Below the pieces are notes generated by a model that worked only from the letters and a program-made list of their open reading frames with translations, made no database searches and was not told the origin of the DNA. A program made the position numbers and the translations under genes. A DNA stretch of 64,000 bases from Podarcis gaigeae (lineage: Eukaryota), in assembly GCA_964106915.2 (NCBI GenBank), contig OZ066915.1. One strand, given 5' to 3'. Positions 11,935-24,719 of the stretch are shown in pieces. Each line of letters opens with the position of its first letter. The stretch's first letter is position 1.

Positions 11935-13406
11935 TTGTGCTGTATGTCCTGGCAACTTAGACGGTGCCTCCTGATGCCCTGAGATGTTTATCCTTGCTGG
12001 GGCCTGGACTGCCTTTCATTCACCAGCATGGACAGGAACAGGTGTCCTGCACCAGCCTTGTCCTTCAGAAGTACTAACCTTTCCAGGGAGGCCACGCAGC
12101 AGCTTTAAATTAGAACCACTGCAAGAAACAGGTAATTGCCAACTCCTGTGTGATGTCCCATCCAGTCCCCAAGTCCCTTTACAAAAGTGTTTCACTAGCA
12201 CACTAGCATCCAAAATCTCCAAGCAGCAACTATTGGTATGTTCTTCTTTAAGAAGACTGCATTCCACACTGTCCAAAAAAAGCTTCTTTTTTAAAAAAAG
12301 GTTTTCAGCATATGTACATTCACATGTGCACGCATGCACAAATGTGGCTTCTGAACATGAACAGCCACATAATAACTCCATGCATACGCATCTTAGTGAT
12401 GTGCCATAGCAGGACACCAACTGCAGTATGGAAGAAGTCCTCAGTGCTGGCATGTTAGGAAATCATCAGAGCAGTCGGAGGCCACCAGCTTCCTGCTACC
12501 TTCCTCTTGCCCATTCCCATTTGTAGCCAGTCTAAGCACTGGCAAGAAACAATCACCTTCAGCTGTGGTAGGCTTCAGGAGGCAGGTGGTCCGGTGGGGC
12601 AGAGAGCAGATTTCTCTCCATTCCTTACCTGCTTCCAGTCTGGTTTCTTCCTCTTCCATCCCATCACAGGTCTGCCTGTATACTATGGTGTGGATTCCCT
12701 CTGTGGGCAGAGAATGCTTTCTAGCCATGGACTTGTTGTCTGGTCTTAGACAGATTGCTTTCTTTCTGCCTCTGCAGCTTTCCTGTGAATGGGAATCGAC
12801 TATAAACCAGAAACGTAATTTTCATTATTTTCTGCTGCAATTGTCTGGCCTTGAGCAAGTATTTTTTTTAGCCCTTACTCCAACTGCTAAGTCCAACAGG
12901 ATGCTCAGGGGGTCTCCATCACAGGTGGTCATCACACGGAAAATATCGGCAGGAGTAGCATTTTCATTGTGAAGGCCTTGTTCTCTCTACTTCTGGTGGA
13001 GGGAGACATGTACACATAGAATGAGCTGGAATAAAGTTCAGGCAGGGCAGAATTGTAACAGGTTGATCTAAGAAAGGTCCCCCTAAAGCTGCCAAGGTGT
13101 ATTTTTGAGATTAAATACTGTTCACATTATCTGACCTGGAATAAGGCCTGAATGCCAACTGAAAGGGCCTGGGCAAGGTTACTGCTCATTGTGGATTCTT
13201 ACAGACATCTGTGGAAATAGTTTGAATGCTTATACAAGCCTGAAAAAAAGCATTTATATTGACATGTAATTTGATTCACAAAGCATTATTTGAGATAGTA
13301 ACAACAGGCAAAACTTGAAGATGGGGCAAAGAGATCCTACTGAGGAAGAAGAAAGAGCAGGTAAGCTTGAAAATGAACTTGCAGCACATCCCAGATCCTT
13401 TTCTGT

Positions 13407-13538
13407 TAGGAAGGAACCTGTGACGCTCCAGATATTGCAGGACTACATGATCCTCCCTGATCATTGACCATCCCAGCCAGAGCTGATGGGAGTTAAGAGT
13501 CCAAAAACATCTTGAGGGCCACAGGTTTCCCATACCTG
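13407..13538. mobile_element. Short hAT-type MITE
   Basis: ggaacctgtg...ctccagat / atcttgagggccacaggtttcc inverted ends; same family as 6133 and 53868. Confidence 0.6.
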
Positions 13539-14742
13539 TGATATTAGATCACTGAAATCATACTGACTGCTCAGCTCTGCAGCCCTGCCCAGTCATGTCC
13601 GGAACCAGGTACTGAACACACATGGCCAATGATGTACTCAATAATCCACTAGTGGCGTCATTTCTGCAAAGCACCACACTTGAGAAAGTGCATGGCCCTT
13701 TTCCTGACGTGGGATGATGATGCACCCATTGTGCTCACTTTGGATGCCTGCTGGACGGGTTACAGAAGAAACGTAAATTGTGTAACATCTTTCACAAACA
13801 CATAGCACTTGTCGTCGTCGTCCCCCCCCCCCCCGTGCTACGTGCGCAAACAGGAGAGCATAGTTATGTCACACACTCTCTCCAGTTCCTTTGTGCCTCC
13901 GCCTAAGGTGCTTTGGCAGCATGTGACTTCTAAGTCTCCCTGAGCTAGTTTTAGGAACCGGACAATCCCCTTGTTCATGGGATTAGTCTCCCTGTCTCTC
14001 CCCCAGTGCACCACCTCCCAAAATGCCCCCCCCCCAAACAGGGAAGCATATGCCAAATTAACACTCCGCTCGCTGCTACACATGCACACCCTCTTCAGTT
14101 TGACAGTGGGGTACATGCACACAGCCAGTTATTTGCTTGGCATTCATAATGCCTGTGACCCTCCAGCGAACGCCTTCCTCGTTTCATCTCCCACTGGTTT
14201 TAATTCAAAACAACACCTCGTTCCCAAGCCGTGAGATGTAGAGCTTTTCCTTCCCTCATTTGGGAAAGAACACAATCCAGGGCCCTCTGCGCCCTCAGCC
14301 AGACCGCAGTCACACCTGGGGCCTGATTGGCTTAAGACCCAACAGACTGTAAACATGTCCCAGAGCCAACATCAATGGCCACAGGGTACCCACACATTCT
14401 GTTTAGGACTCAAGAATCTGAAAGGCACAGCAGGCCCAAGTGACCATTTAATCCGAGCCTTCACTCCGTGTTAACATGCAACAGGAGAAGAGACGCAAAA
14501 TCCCGCAAAGTAGGGCAATCTGTGCAATCTGGAGAAAAATGCTTTCTGCTCCAAACGATGGCAGTGATGGCTGTTTTGAAAATTCAGACATGATGAACTC
14601 GCAGAGCTTACCAAATGCTCTCTTTTATTCCAGCAAGCATTTTAATTGAAGTCTGATTTTAAAGGTTTAACCCATTTTTAGTCTTATGCTATTGGGTCCC
14701 CTGCACAACTGCTTAGAGAAGGCTGTGAGGAAGCGGCACACA

Positions 14743-15050
14743 GTTGCTGGTATCCGTCTCTCTGGGGAGACAATGGAAGAATGCACTATCAGGCGTAAAG
14801 TCAAACTGCTGGAAAGTTACAGTGCCTGCTGTGGCTGTAGAGACCGATATGGGAGAGACATGTTTTATTGCAGCTGGGGCAGATGAAGGAATCTGGTTTA
14901 ATGGTTGCAGATGTAACATGGCATTTCTTTTCTCTGTGCTCTTCCCAGCAGTCTAGAGGATGTGATCTAGAGGAGAAATGACCGCTTGGATACATGAACT
15001 TTCTGTCTCCAAGCACTGCAGTTGTTTGCAAGGGATTCACACATGGTGGG
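14743..15050 (-). mobile_element. RTE-clade LINE 3' fragment
   Basis: Minus-strand WEEHREKK...FICPSCNKTCLSHIGLYSHSRHC resembles the C-terminal Cys/His motif of RTE ORFs, followed by a short 3'UTR; frameshifted. Confidence 0.7.
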
Positions 15051-15604
15051 GCATACAAGTGTCATACAAACCGTTGAAATAAAAAATGAGTTGCTATCTT
15101 GCATATAAGCTCACACTGCACATGGAATACAAGCACAGTGACCAGAAGTGCAAGTTGTCTTTGGAAACATAACAGCAGTATTTGCCTGGTTTATTATTTT
15201 CCTCTCTCTTGCAAACTTCACACTCAAGAGCAGACGAGAATGGACTCAAGAACCACCACCTCAGCCATCTGTTCACAGGCCTGTGGTGAGCAAGGGGCAC
15301 AGACTGAGCTGATGTCTCCCCCCACCCCCTGCAAGGAAACCACTGCCGTCACCGGGTGCCTCTGACTGAGATAACGAGCCTAATTGAAGCAAATTGCCGG
15401 AGCACAAAGGCACTTGATGCAAAGGTAAATATGGCTGGTGGCGGGTCAGGCGCATGGCATGGATGGCTCGTTCTTCCCAGTTGTCAAAGTGTCTCAAAAG
15501 TGAAGCCCAAGAAAGATGCCTCGTGCCTGTCCTCTGAAAGAGAGCGCCCACAATGCTGTTGCCTTCAAAGAGGCTGAGAGATTGCTGTGACCACCACAGT
15601 GGAG

Positions 15605-15930
15605 GTAAAGGTAAAGGGACCCCTAACTGTTAGGTCCAGTCGTGGACGACTCTGGGGTTGCGGCGCTCATCTCGCTTTACTGGCTGAGGGAGCCAGCATA
15701 CAGCTTCCGGGTCATGTGGCCAGCATGACTAAACCGTTTCTGGCGAACCAGAGCAGCGCACGGAAATGCCGTTTACCTTCCCGCTGAAGCGGTACCTATT
15801 TATCTACTTGCACTTTGACGTGCTTTCAAACTGCTAGGTTGGCAGGAGCAGGGACCGAACAACGGGAGCCGACCTTCTGATCGGCAAGTCCTAGGCTCTG
15901 TAGTTTAACCCACAGCACTACCCATGTGCC
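15605..15930 (-). mobile_element. Sauria SINE
   Basis: (ACCTTT)n tail, typical body, 12-bp TSD ACCACA(G/T)TGGAG at 15593-15604 and 15931-15942. Confidence 0.9.
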
Positions 15931-18900
15931 ACCACATTGGAGAGAGGGGAGCAACTGCACTCTGGTTCTGTAATGCTCAAATTCCAAGACGAGCAATTAA
16001 ATACTTGATAATGACGTGTCTCCCGCCGATTCAGTTCCAAGACTATGTGGGATGGTGGACAATGTCACCATGGCAGAACTTTCAGTAGCATGTTTGTGGA
16101 CTCAGATGTGGACTCAGATGTTGTAGGTAAGCATCATAGGGCCAGCCCATAGCCAAGGGGGCTGGCTGTACCATCGTCATGAAGAGTCCAGGGAGACTGA
16201 CTTTCGACCTTCACAGATACGAATCCTAGGCAGGCCTTGGACTCCTGGCAGCAATAATGCATGGTTGGCACACACCGTCCTTATCTCCCACCCTATCTAA
16301 CTGTGCCCAAATGCAGAAAGCTGTGTCTCTATTGGCACACTGAGTAGAGTTGGCAGGATAAATTACAGCCCAAAGAGCACAGCACCCTAGGCACTCCTGT
16401 CTGTCGTGTGGGCGATGCTGTGCCTCTGACAGCCACTTAGTCTCCAAGCGCAGACAGAAACTTATGTAAGAGCCCCATCGGGGTCGATTTCACGGTCCAG
16501 ATCCTAGAGCCTAGGGAGCAGGCAGAGACCCCACCCACACAACACAGGAGGTGCCGGCAGACATTCCTTCCTATTCCTGGCATGGGATGCTCTGATCTTA
16601 TCAAGAAATGCTCACGATGGGAAACTCTGGACTATGGTGTCATGAACTTGGCCCAGAAAGGTGATTTAGAAAGAGCTAAAGTTGCTGCCACTCTCTACCC
16701 CACTACACACACACACACACACACACAACCTATTGATTCTTGGGGCCTATAAATTGTCCCCTGCCACATGTGTCTCTCAGAGGACTACTCCCAAAACAAC
16801 TTGTGTCAGCCCAACTTCAACACCCCCCCCACTAGCTCCTCTTATCACTGCCTGCATTTCCCAATGAAGTGAGGCCCTTTTAGGGAGATTTGTTCTCCTT
16901 GGTTGCAAAGTTCTCTCACAGTGCAAAGAGCAGAAAGTGAAGCGGTTCCCTGGGCCCCACCAGTGCTGCTTGCTTCCCCAGCACTCTTGGGTTCCATGCA
17001 CCACAGGGCAGGGCAGAAGATCAAATGCACAGACATTTTCTCCCAGCTGCAAAGGACCAGGGCACATGTCATCTGAGAAGAATGGGCTTCCATGGTAACG
17101 GGGGATGCTCTGACAAGAGCAGCACTAGCTAGGCAGGAATCCAGACTTCTTAGGAGGAATGCGTTACCTGCTGGTGGACACAGGCATGACTAAACACTAG
17201 GAGACAAGGACTTATCACAAAGTACATATAGACCAGCTCTGCCTAAGCACAGGTGAGCAACTTGTGATTGTGGAAGGGGGATGTTTTTAAGCCAGGCCAT
17301 GCTGGTTCATATACACACATTACCTTGCCCACAGGAGTGATGGACTCAGGAGCTATCAGACTACTTCATATGGAGAGGAGTCTGTAAAATTAGCAAGCAA
17401 CTGCACAGATGTCAAGGACTGGTACGATCATTCCTTTGCTAAATATACAATTACTGAAAAGGAGGACAATCAATCTTGAGTCTTGTTTCATATAGGAGTG
17501 GATATCCACAATCAATCTTTACACTAGCCTCAGTCCTGATTTGATTTCCCCTATCCCTCTGTGCAAGCAGTATCAAAGAATAAGATTTCAGAAGAGGAGG
17601 AGAGAATAAGAGTGTCAGAAGAGCAAGAGGGGGAGGTAGATGGGGCATGTGCAGCAATTCATGTGTCTTGCAAGGTGTCCAAGAAAAATATATAGGAAGA
17701 GAAGCTATAGCTGTCCCATCCACCACTCTGGTGTCAAAACAGTGAGACTTGAATTCCTTCTCAAATCTTTTCTCGGTTTAATTTATAAGATTCAGCTAGG
17801 CCTGCAATTGAAACAGAGCTGAAACAGTCAGAAAGAATAACTATTTCCAGCATTATTTCATTTGAATGATGATTCAAGGCCCACGTATGAAAACATCACT
17901 TTAAAGTGTTTTATAGAAATGTGTTTTCTATTCTGCTGCAAAGAAGTTCAGTAAAACCTCAAAACGTACTTTCACCACTTAGGCACATGCATTTCTGTGG
18001 ATTAAAAGAGACATCATAATGTTTACACACTTTTAAATGCTAGCGCCTTAGGAATAATGTATGGAGAGGAAACGCACCATAATCAGCCTAATGAGTTTGG
18101 GAAGCTGTCATTCGGTTTCTGTTGCTCTCTTAGGGCCTTTTATTATCTCAATACTATCTTGTTTGTAACAACTCAGCGTTAATGGTAGTGATTCATTTTG
18201 CTCTTCACAGCGTAAAATTTGGTCATTAAAAGAAAATCAGATAACTGTCACAATCCTAGCTCTCTTACCAAATAAAATAAAACTAAACTGTTGGCTTCAG
18301 GAAAAATAAACAAACACATGCTAAACATATTCAGGAGCTATGTGGAATAAAAATGTTTCCACACTATACAAACTCCTTTTTAGATGGGAGCTAAGGGAAG
18401 CTAATGGATATGTAAACAAACAGGACAAGAACCTTAAAACTAAACCCAGCCAAAATTAAGTACTTTTAAGTTTCCTTGATTTCAGGAACGGCACTTGCTT
18501 AACTTTTCCTATCATTATCAACTGGATTTTGAAAAGCTTAATTAAATCATGCTTTGAAAAACAACAGCTTTGAGTTCCAAAACGTCACTGAAACCTGTTT
18601 AAAATTATATATTCTGCAGCTCAAAGCAGAAAAAGTCATTCAGGTATCTAGATCCCTTGTCATGACTCATAGGATAAGAGAAACTAGTTCATTCATAGAT
18701 CAGGTTAAAAGAAGAATGAGCCTTGAGATGAATGGGATTTTTCACCATGTAGAAAAGGTAAACTGCAGGGTGTCTCACAGTTTACCCATTGATTAACTGG
18801 AAAAGGGGATGGAGAGGAAGTTTGCACAACCGGCAGACAATCAGTTTGATTTAGCACAATTAAGCTCATAAAGTGCTGCAACAGACTTACACACAGATCT

Positions 18901-21287
18901 CATAAAATGCCTCATAAGAAACAATGCAATCAAATTCAAGGTTGAGAAGCACAAGTGTTGGGATTCTAGAAAAATGAAGTATGCAGAAAAGACATCTGAT
19001 AATCCTTACAGATAACACAGCTCACTGAGAAAATATCAGCTTGATGTACTGAACAGTCATCAAAGAGACAAACAATGTCAGGAACTGTTAGGGGAAACAT
19101 AAAAATAAAGCCAAAAATATCACAACCACATATATTTGGGGTGTCAGCCTAACTTGAATACTGTGCTATTTTCACCCCATCTCAAGAAGCTACTAATTTG
19201 TCACAGAAGAATTGAAGAAACTGCAGTGAAAAGCACATGCGAACACACACATCTCTGGGGGAGAAAGCAGTTCCCAGGATTTGCAGTACAAGCAACCTAA
19301 TTTCATTCTGGTATTGTTTGAGTTCACTTTTGTTATAGGGTGTTTGCCTTTTGTGATTCCAAATATAACTTGCATTCACTGCCCCACTGCTGCCATGGCA
19401 CCTCCATCCCTCAGGCTGCACAGGACATTCCTAGAGATGCGCAGTCAAGCTTTGGTTCCAAGATGCTTCTATTGACCATCCTTTTAAAAACTAGTCATCT
19501 AGAGCCAAATGTATGCTTGTACCTTGTGAAAACAGTGCTGCCGCCCCAAATTCATTCTGTACTTGCAAGTATAGACTGAGCAGGTACAAGAACACCTACA
19601 CAGATCAAGTGTACAGACTGAATTGTAGAGTTAATGCAAGACATCCGCTATAGTAAGTTGATGCAGAAATTTGGCTCTATTCCAAACACACACCTGAACC
19701 ACACCACCAGGGATTCCATCCATGCCTATGAGGGTTCCTAGATCCTTTCACGCAGACCACATAACCGAATGTGTGTTTTGCGTATCTCAGCTCTGCGCCA
19801 ACAGCAGTGTAATGACTACATAATTAAAGGCTTAAATGAAGGGAACAATGTTTTCTATCAGGGGCTGTTGGCCAAGCGCGTCATTAGAACTGAGTCACAA
19901 CAATGAGCAACTCATTTCCAAGAACCACCCCCTCTAGATGCAGAAAAGGAAGTCCTTACTGATGCAAGGTGCAAACAGAACAGAGTCCCTCCCAATTTCT
20001 GGTAGCGTTATGTATTTCATAAGGGGTATATACGGCCAATGACAGATCTGTTCTTCTTGAAAACCTTCAGGGCATTTTAGAAGCCAATTCCGTACTTAGT
20101 TCTCATCACTATTCTGATTGAAGAAATCCAGCAATCAGTCTGCATACATCATTCACAGGGGTTTCTTAGCCTATTGTCATAGCAAACTGCCCTAGGTTAA
20201 CAGGAGCTGTGTGGTTATCTGGCTACTGTCAGGATTGAATATGGAAAATCTAGGATTCAAAAGCTGGTTCAGCCCCAAGCTCATTGAGTAAGCCTAGACA
20301 AATCACATTCTCTCTGCCTACCTAACCTACAGTACAAAGGGCAGGGACTATGAGGGCAACTCCAGGTTGTATTTTGCAGGAGGGATTCAAGTGCAAACCA
20401 ATTAAAGTGGATTAGAGTGCTCTGTCACCATAGTGCAACAAATCCTTTTTTAAAATGGATTTTTGTGATTAAGAAAGTGAAGAGGAAATGCACTGGCACA
20501 AATGGCTAACGGAAAGGTATATGAACACCCTACAAGCAAATCAGAACATATGCTCAGTAAAGACCACACATAAACTAACCTCTGCATAAGGTTAAATAGT
20601 GCAAGTAAATGAGGATGAATGCTCAATAAACAGGTTGTCTGGAGGAGCCCTGAGATTAGCATCCCATATGGAGCACCTTGGAAGGGCAGCATACATGTGC
20701 GGCAGATAAATTATCGCTTTAAAACTTCTCACACATAACTAGATGGATGGTTGGGTGATGCTGTGTATTCTCATCTGAATGAAAAGAGCTGAAGATGCGT
20801 CTGGAGGAATCAACCCTCAGCACCTGGGCTAACTTGGGCATAAGGAAGACTAGGCTTGAAAAATTCACACTTTCTATGTCAGTATGTATTTAGGGAAATC
20901 TTCATATTTTGAAGATAGCCCTTGTTGGTGAGTTAGCTTATTAAGACCACTTTGCTCTTCCTCACACAGGAAAGGTCAAAAACACTTCATGATTTCTAGA
21001 ACTTAACTCCCCACCCCAAGTATGCTGGATAACTGGAGAACAAGTGGTGCCATGATAAAAAACAGATTGCAGAAGTTGATTTTGCTTAGCAGAGAAAATA
21101 CTAAGAGGTGACATAATCTAGTATTCAACTACTTGAAGCCTGTCAACAGCAGGAAACAAATAGAAGAGCTCTACCAACCACCCAAAAGGTTGATGCTTGG
21201 CTTTAGGAAGAACGCTTTAACTCTATGATGATAGAAGACTATACACATTTGGTTCGGAATATGGTGGAATATGCTGATGTAGCTACA

Positions 21288-21514
21288 TACATACGCTTCA
21301 GGTTACATACGTTTCAGGTTACAGACCCGCTAACCAAGAAATAGTGCTTCAGGTTAAGAACTTTGCTTCAGGATGAGAACAGAAATCGTGCTCCGGCTGC
21401 GCGGCAGCAGCAGCAGGCCCCATTAACTAAAGTGGTGCTTCAGGTTAAGTACAGTTTCAGGTTAAGTATGGACCTCCGGAACGAATTAAGTACTTAACCC
21501 AAGGTACCACTGTA
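21288..21514. mobile_element. Tc1/mariner-pogo MITE, one end lost
   Basis: Inverted homologue of 3395-3607; ends ggtaccactg-TA. Confidence 0.8.
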
Positions 21515-24500
21515 CATTTTAAAACTTAGTTCCTGATTACTGTAGATTAATGATCAGTATCCTGCATCAGAATAAACCACGTACTCTTTGGATATTAGGC
21601 TTTGCAGGTGCCAGTTCTTCCTTTCCAGGAGTTCTTCACTCTACCTCTGGGACACAGCAAGTTTAGACTCGAATTATTTCTAGTTTTTTTATAAGCTGGG
21701 AATAGATCACAAGGCATACATCTACCTATATTAACCTTGTTTGTACATTTTTCTGTTGTGCAACTGGGACAGCATACTGAGCAGGTCAGGCCGTCAACTC
21801 AATCTAGTCTGGTACAGTTGATGTTCTTGTGACTGGTTTCTTTTTCTTGTCTATTCACTCCCTAATGAGAGCCAAGACTTCGCCAACAAGGCACGTTTCA
21901 TTTGTATCAGCACTGCCATCTTCAGACAAAAACAGGGAACGTCCCACAAAATTTTATCCAAACTTATTTCCCCATCAGGACAGAGAAAACAAGGGCATTG
22001 CTTCACACTTTGGCTCCTTTCACTTGAAGTTAGAGAGAAAACAGGAATGAGAGGAGAGGGTGCTCTTTGTTGGACTGAGTTTTATATTTTTATTTTCAGC
22101 CAGCCAAACCACTTCAGTTTTGTTTATAGGCAGGAAGGATGGCAGCCTCCTTACATTTATGGATGCAATCAATTAAACAAGTTTCAGTCCATCCAGCTAG
22201 AGCTTGGGTACTCCAAATTCTCTCTCTTGTGCCATACTGTATCACACAAGTTGCTGACTTCCAAGTAGAAATGAAAGTGGAACAAAGAAGGCCTCACACG
22301 GATTGACACACCGCTTCAGGCCCCCTGTCGCCCGGTGAGCAGATCTCACCTTATCCACACCTGCGCTGCTGTATAGCCACAAGATAATAATACCTGCTCT
22401 TCATTCTCCTATAACTTTTAACACTGTTTTAATCATGTTTGGCAACGCACCATCCCTTTCTATACATGTTATATAAATCACGAAACACTTGTGATTTCAG
22501 GGATATCACAGATTGATACAAGTCTTGCAGCAGAATCATGAGAACAGTAGTTAATTAGCTACCAGGCAGCTAATTAACAATAGGAAAGGTGTCCAAAGTA
22601 GACAAGAAAATAGGAAGAATAAAGAATAAAGAAGGCAACTTAAGCTTTCTGTTAGTGTGTTGGAAGTGGGGACAGACTCAATATGCAGATAGGCATATCT
22701 GTGTCATCAGGGATGAGCGTGGAATAGATGCAAAGGCTTTACTATCCTCATATCTAAGGGCCTACATGGATGGGTGAATTCTCTGAAAGGGATTTAGTGA
22801 GAAAGCAAGATTAAAAACACAGAATAGGAAATGTGACCATGTCTGTTGGACAGAAGAATATTCCTTATTTTCTGGGATCAACTAAGCAACATTGATCTGT
22901 ATAGATGGATAAAAACCAACTAGCATGGGGAAGCCTCAATGTCCCATCCCTTGTCCTTGTGTATTTGGATGGATATAACAAGATCAAGCCACTCCCAACT
23001 CTTCCTAGTTAATGCAACACAAAAACCCCACCCTTTGTGTTAATGAGTGCTTGCTGACACATCAACTAGGGAAACTGTTCCACCCACATCAACATCAGAT
23101 ATTTGTTTTTACTCTGAACTCTCCACAGGTTTAAATCTATAGTATGAGCAACACCCTTTTTCTTTCTTTCATTAAATGGGTTTCTCTTCAACGTGCAAGG
23201 TATTTTAGGACAATTTCGATGCAAAACAAATGCACACTATTTTTGTTGTTGTGAGAAAGCTACATGTGCCCTTGCCTCCAAGCCATTTGCAAACTCGCTG
23301 CACTTTTTAATTTAAAAAAATACTCAAGCTACGGTATTTTGCAACTGGGAATTTGCTATTTCCTTTTATTTGCCACAACTGTTGCAGGTTTGAACACTGT
23401 ACATACCTAAAAGTGATAAGCTTCCCTGACCCCATCATTTTGCCACTTTTTAAAAAGGTTCTCTAAAAGCTGAATATTTCTGTATCTTTTCTGAATCTGC
23501 TGTATCTTTCAGAAACAAGCATATTCACACAAAAACCTGTTACACACAAAGAGAGAGATTTGTAGAGCAGCCTGGCTGCCCCTTCTTTTTGCAATGCAAT
23601 ACCTTTCCAGAATTTCATTTTATTTTCCTTAGAATTTAATTATGGGTTTGAGTGAAGGTTTTGACCCCCCACCCCTCTGAAATGGAGTGGTGGTGGAAAG
23701 GCTATTCCCTGCAACAATATTCCTGTTCCTCTAGCGTTTCATGTGTGAAGGGTATCATGTCAACTTGTGCAGGATCAGAGCCAGCATTAACAGCAAGGAC
23801 TATTAAATCCAATTACTTTTGTGATTTGGTAAAAGTCCTCACTTTTTCAGCAGTGAGAACATTTTTTTATTTAATGTAATTAGACCCACTATGCCAACAT
23901 TTGACCCCATAACCCCAAAAAGAATTCTAGGCCACAAAATGCAAGGGGCGGGAGGGGGGGAATAGCTCATAAACCTCACAGGTCAGACTCTCTAAATAGG
24001 ACTGTGTTTCAAGAGATTCACAGTGGCCAGAGGTGACAGGGTTCAGCCTTGGTGAAGTGATGGGGGAAATCTTGCATCTAGTAAGTGTAATTTAGATGGC
24101 AATAAATCCTCTGGACCAAAGGACGAAAACAGATCTGGGTATATTAATAGATGCAGCATTTAAATCCCAGTCCCCTCAGACAGCAACAGGGATGTCTCAT
24201 GCTTTCTTGCAGGACTGTGGTACCTTATGAGTGTGGAAAACAGTGCAGGTTTCCAAAGCCATTAAGTTGGCTTCCACAGACCTATGTATAAGGTGTAAAA
24301 AGACAAGTGTTCCATGTTGTTAATTCAGGTACCAGGACTTACTCTTCCAGTTCCACACTCACAATCACTTAAGCTGAATAGAATCCCCCACTGCTCATGT
24401 AAGTGTATGCTAAAAGAATGGGGAAAGCACACTATTTCACAACTTTTGATCATTCGAGTATGGCTGGCTGGGTAAGAGGTGACAAGCTCATCTCAAGAGA

Positions 24501-24683
24501 CCATGAGCATGTGCCCTGAAGTTCCACAACAACGGGAATCATGCAAAAACAAGATGACGTGTGATCCATCTACAAATACAGCCGCCACGTTAAGTAGAAG
24601 GCAGAGCGTAGGGATTGGCAGCTGGAGGCCCAGGGACAAAATCAAAGCTGGCAAATGAATAGTCATTTAGCTGCAGACCAAGA

Positions 24684-24685
<2 letters not shown>

Positions 24686-24717
<32 letters not shown>
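24686..24717. repeat. (AC)n microsatellite
   Basis: Seen directly. Confidence 0.9.

Positions 24718-24719
<2 letters not shown>

Noticed and set aside
13645-13660. CTCF-like CCACTAGTGGCG
   Set aside because: One base short of the core spacing; not supportable by eye.
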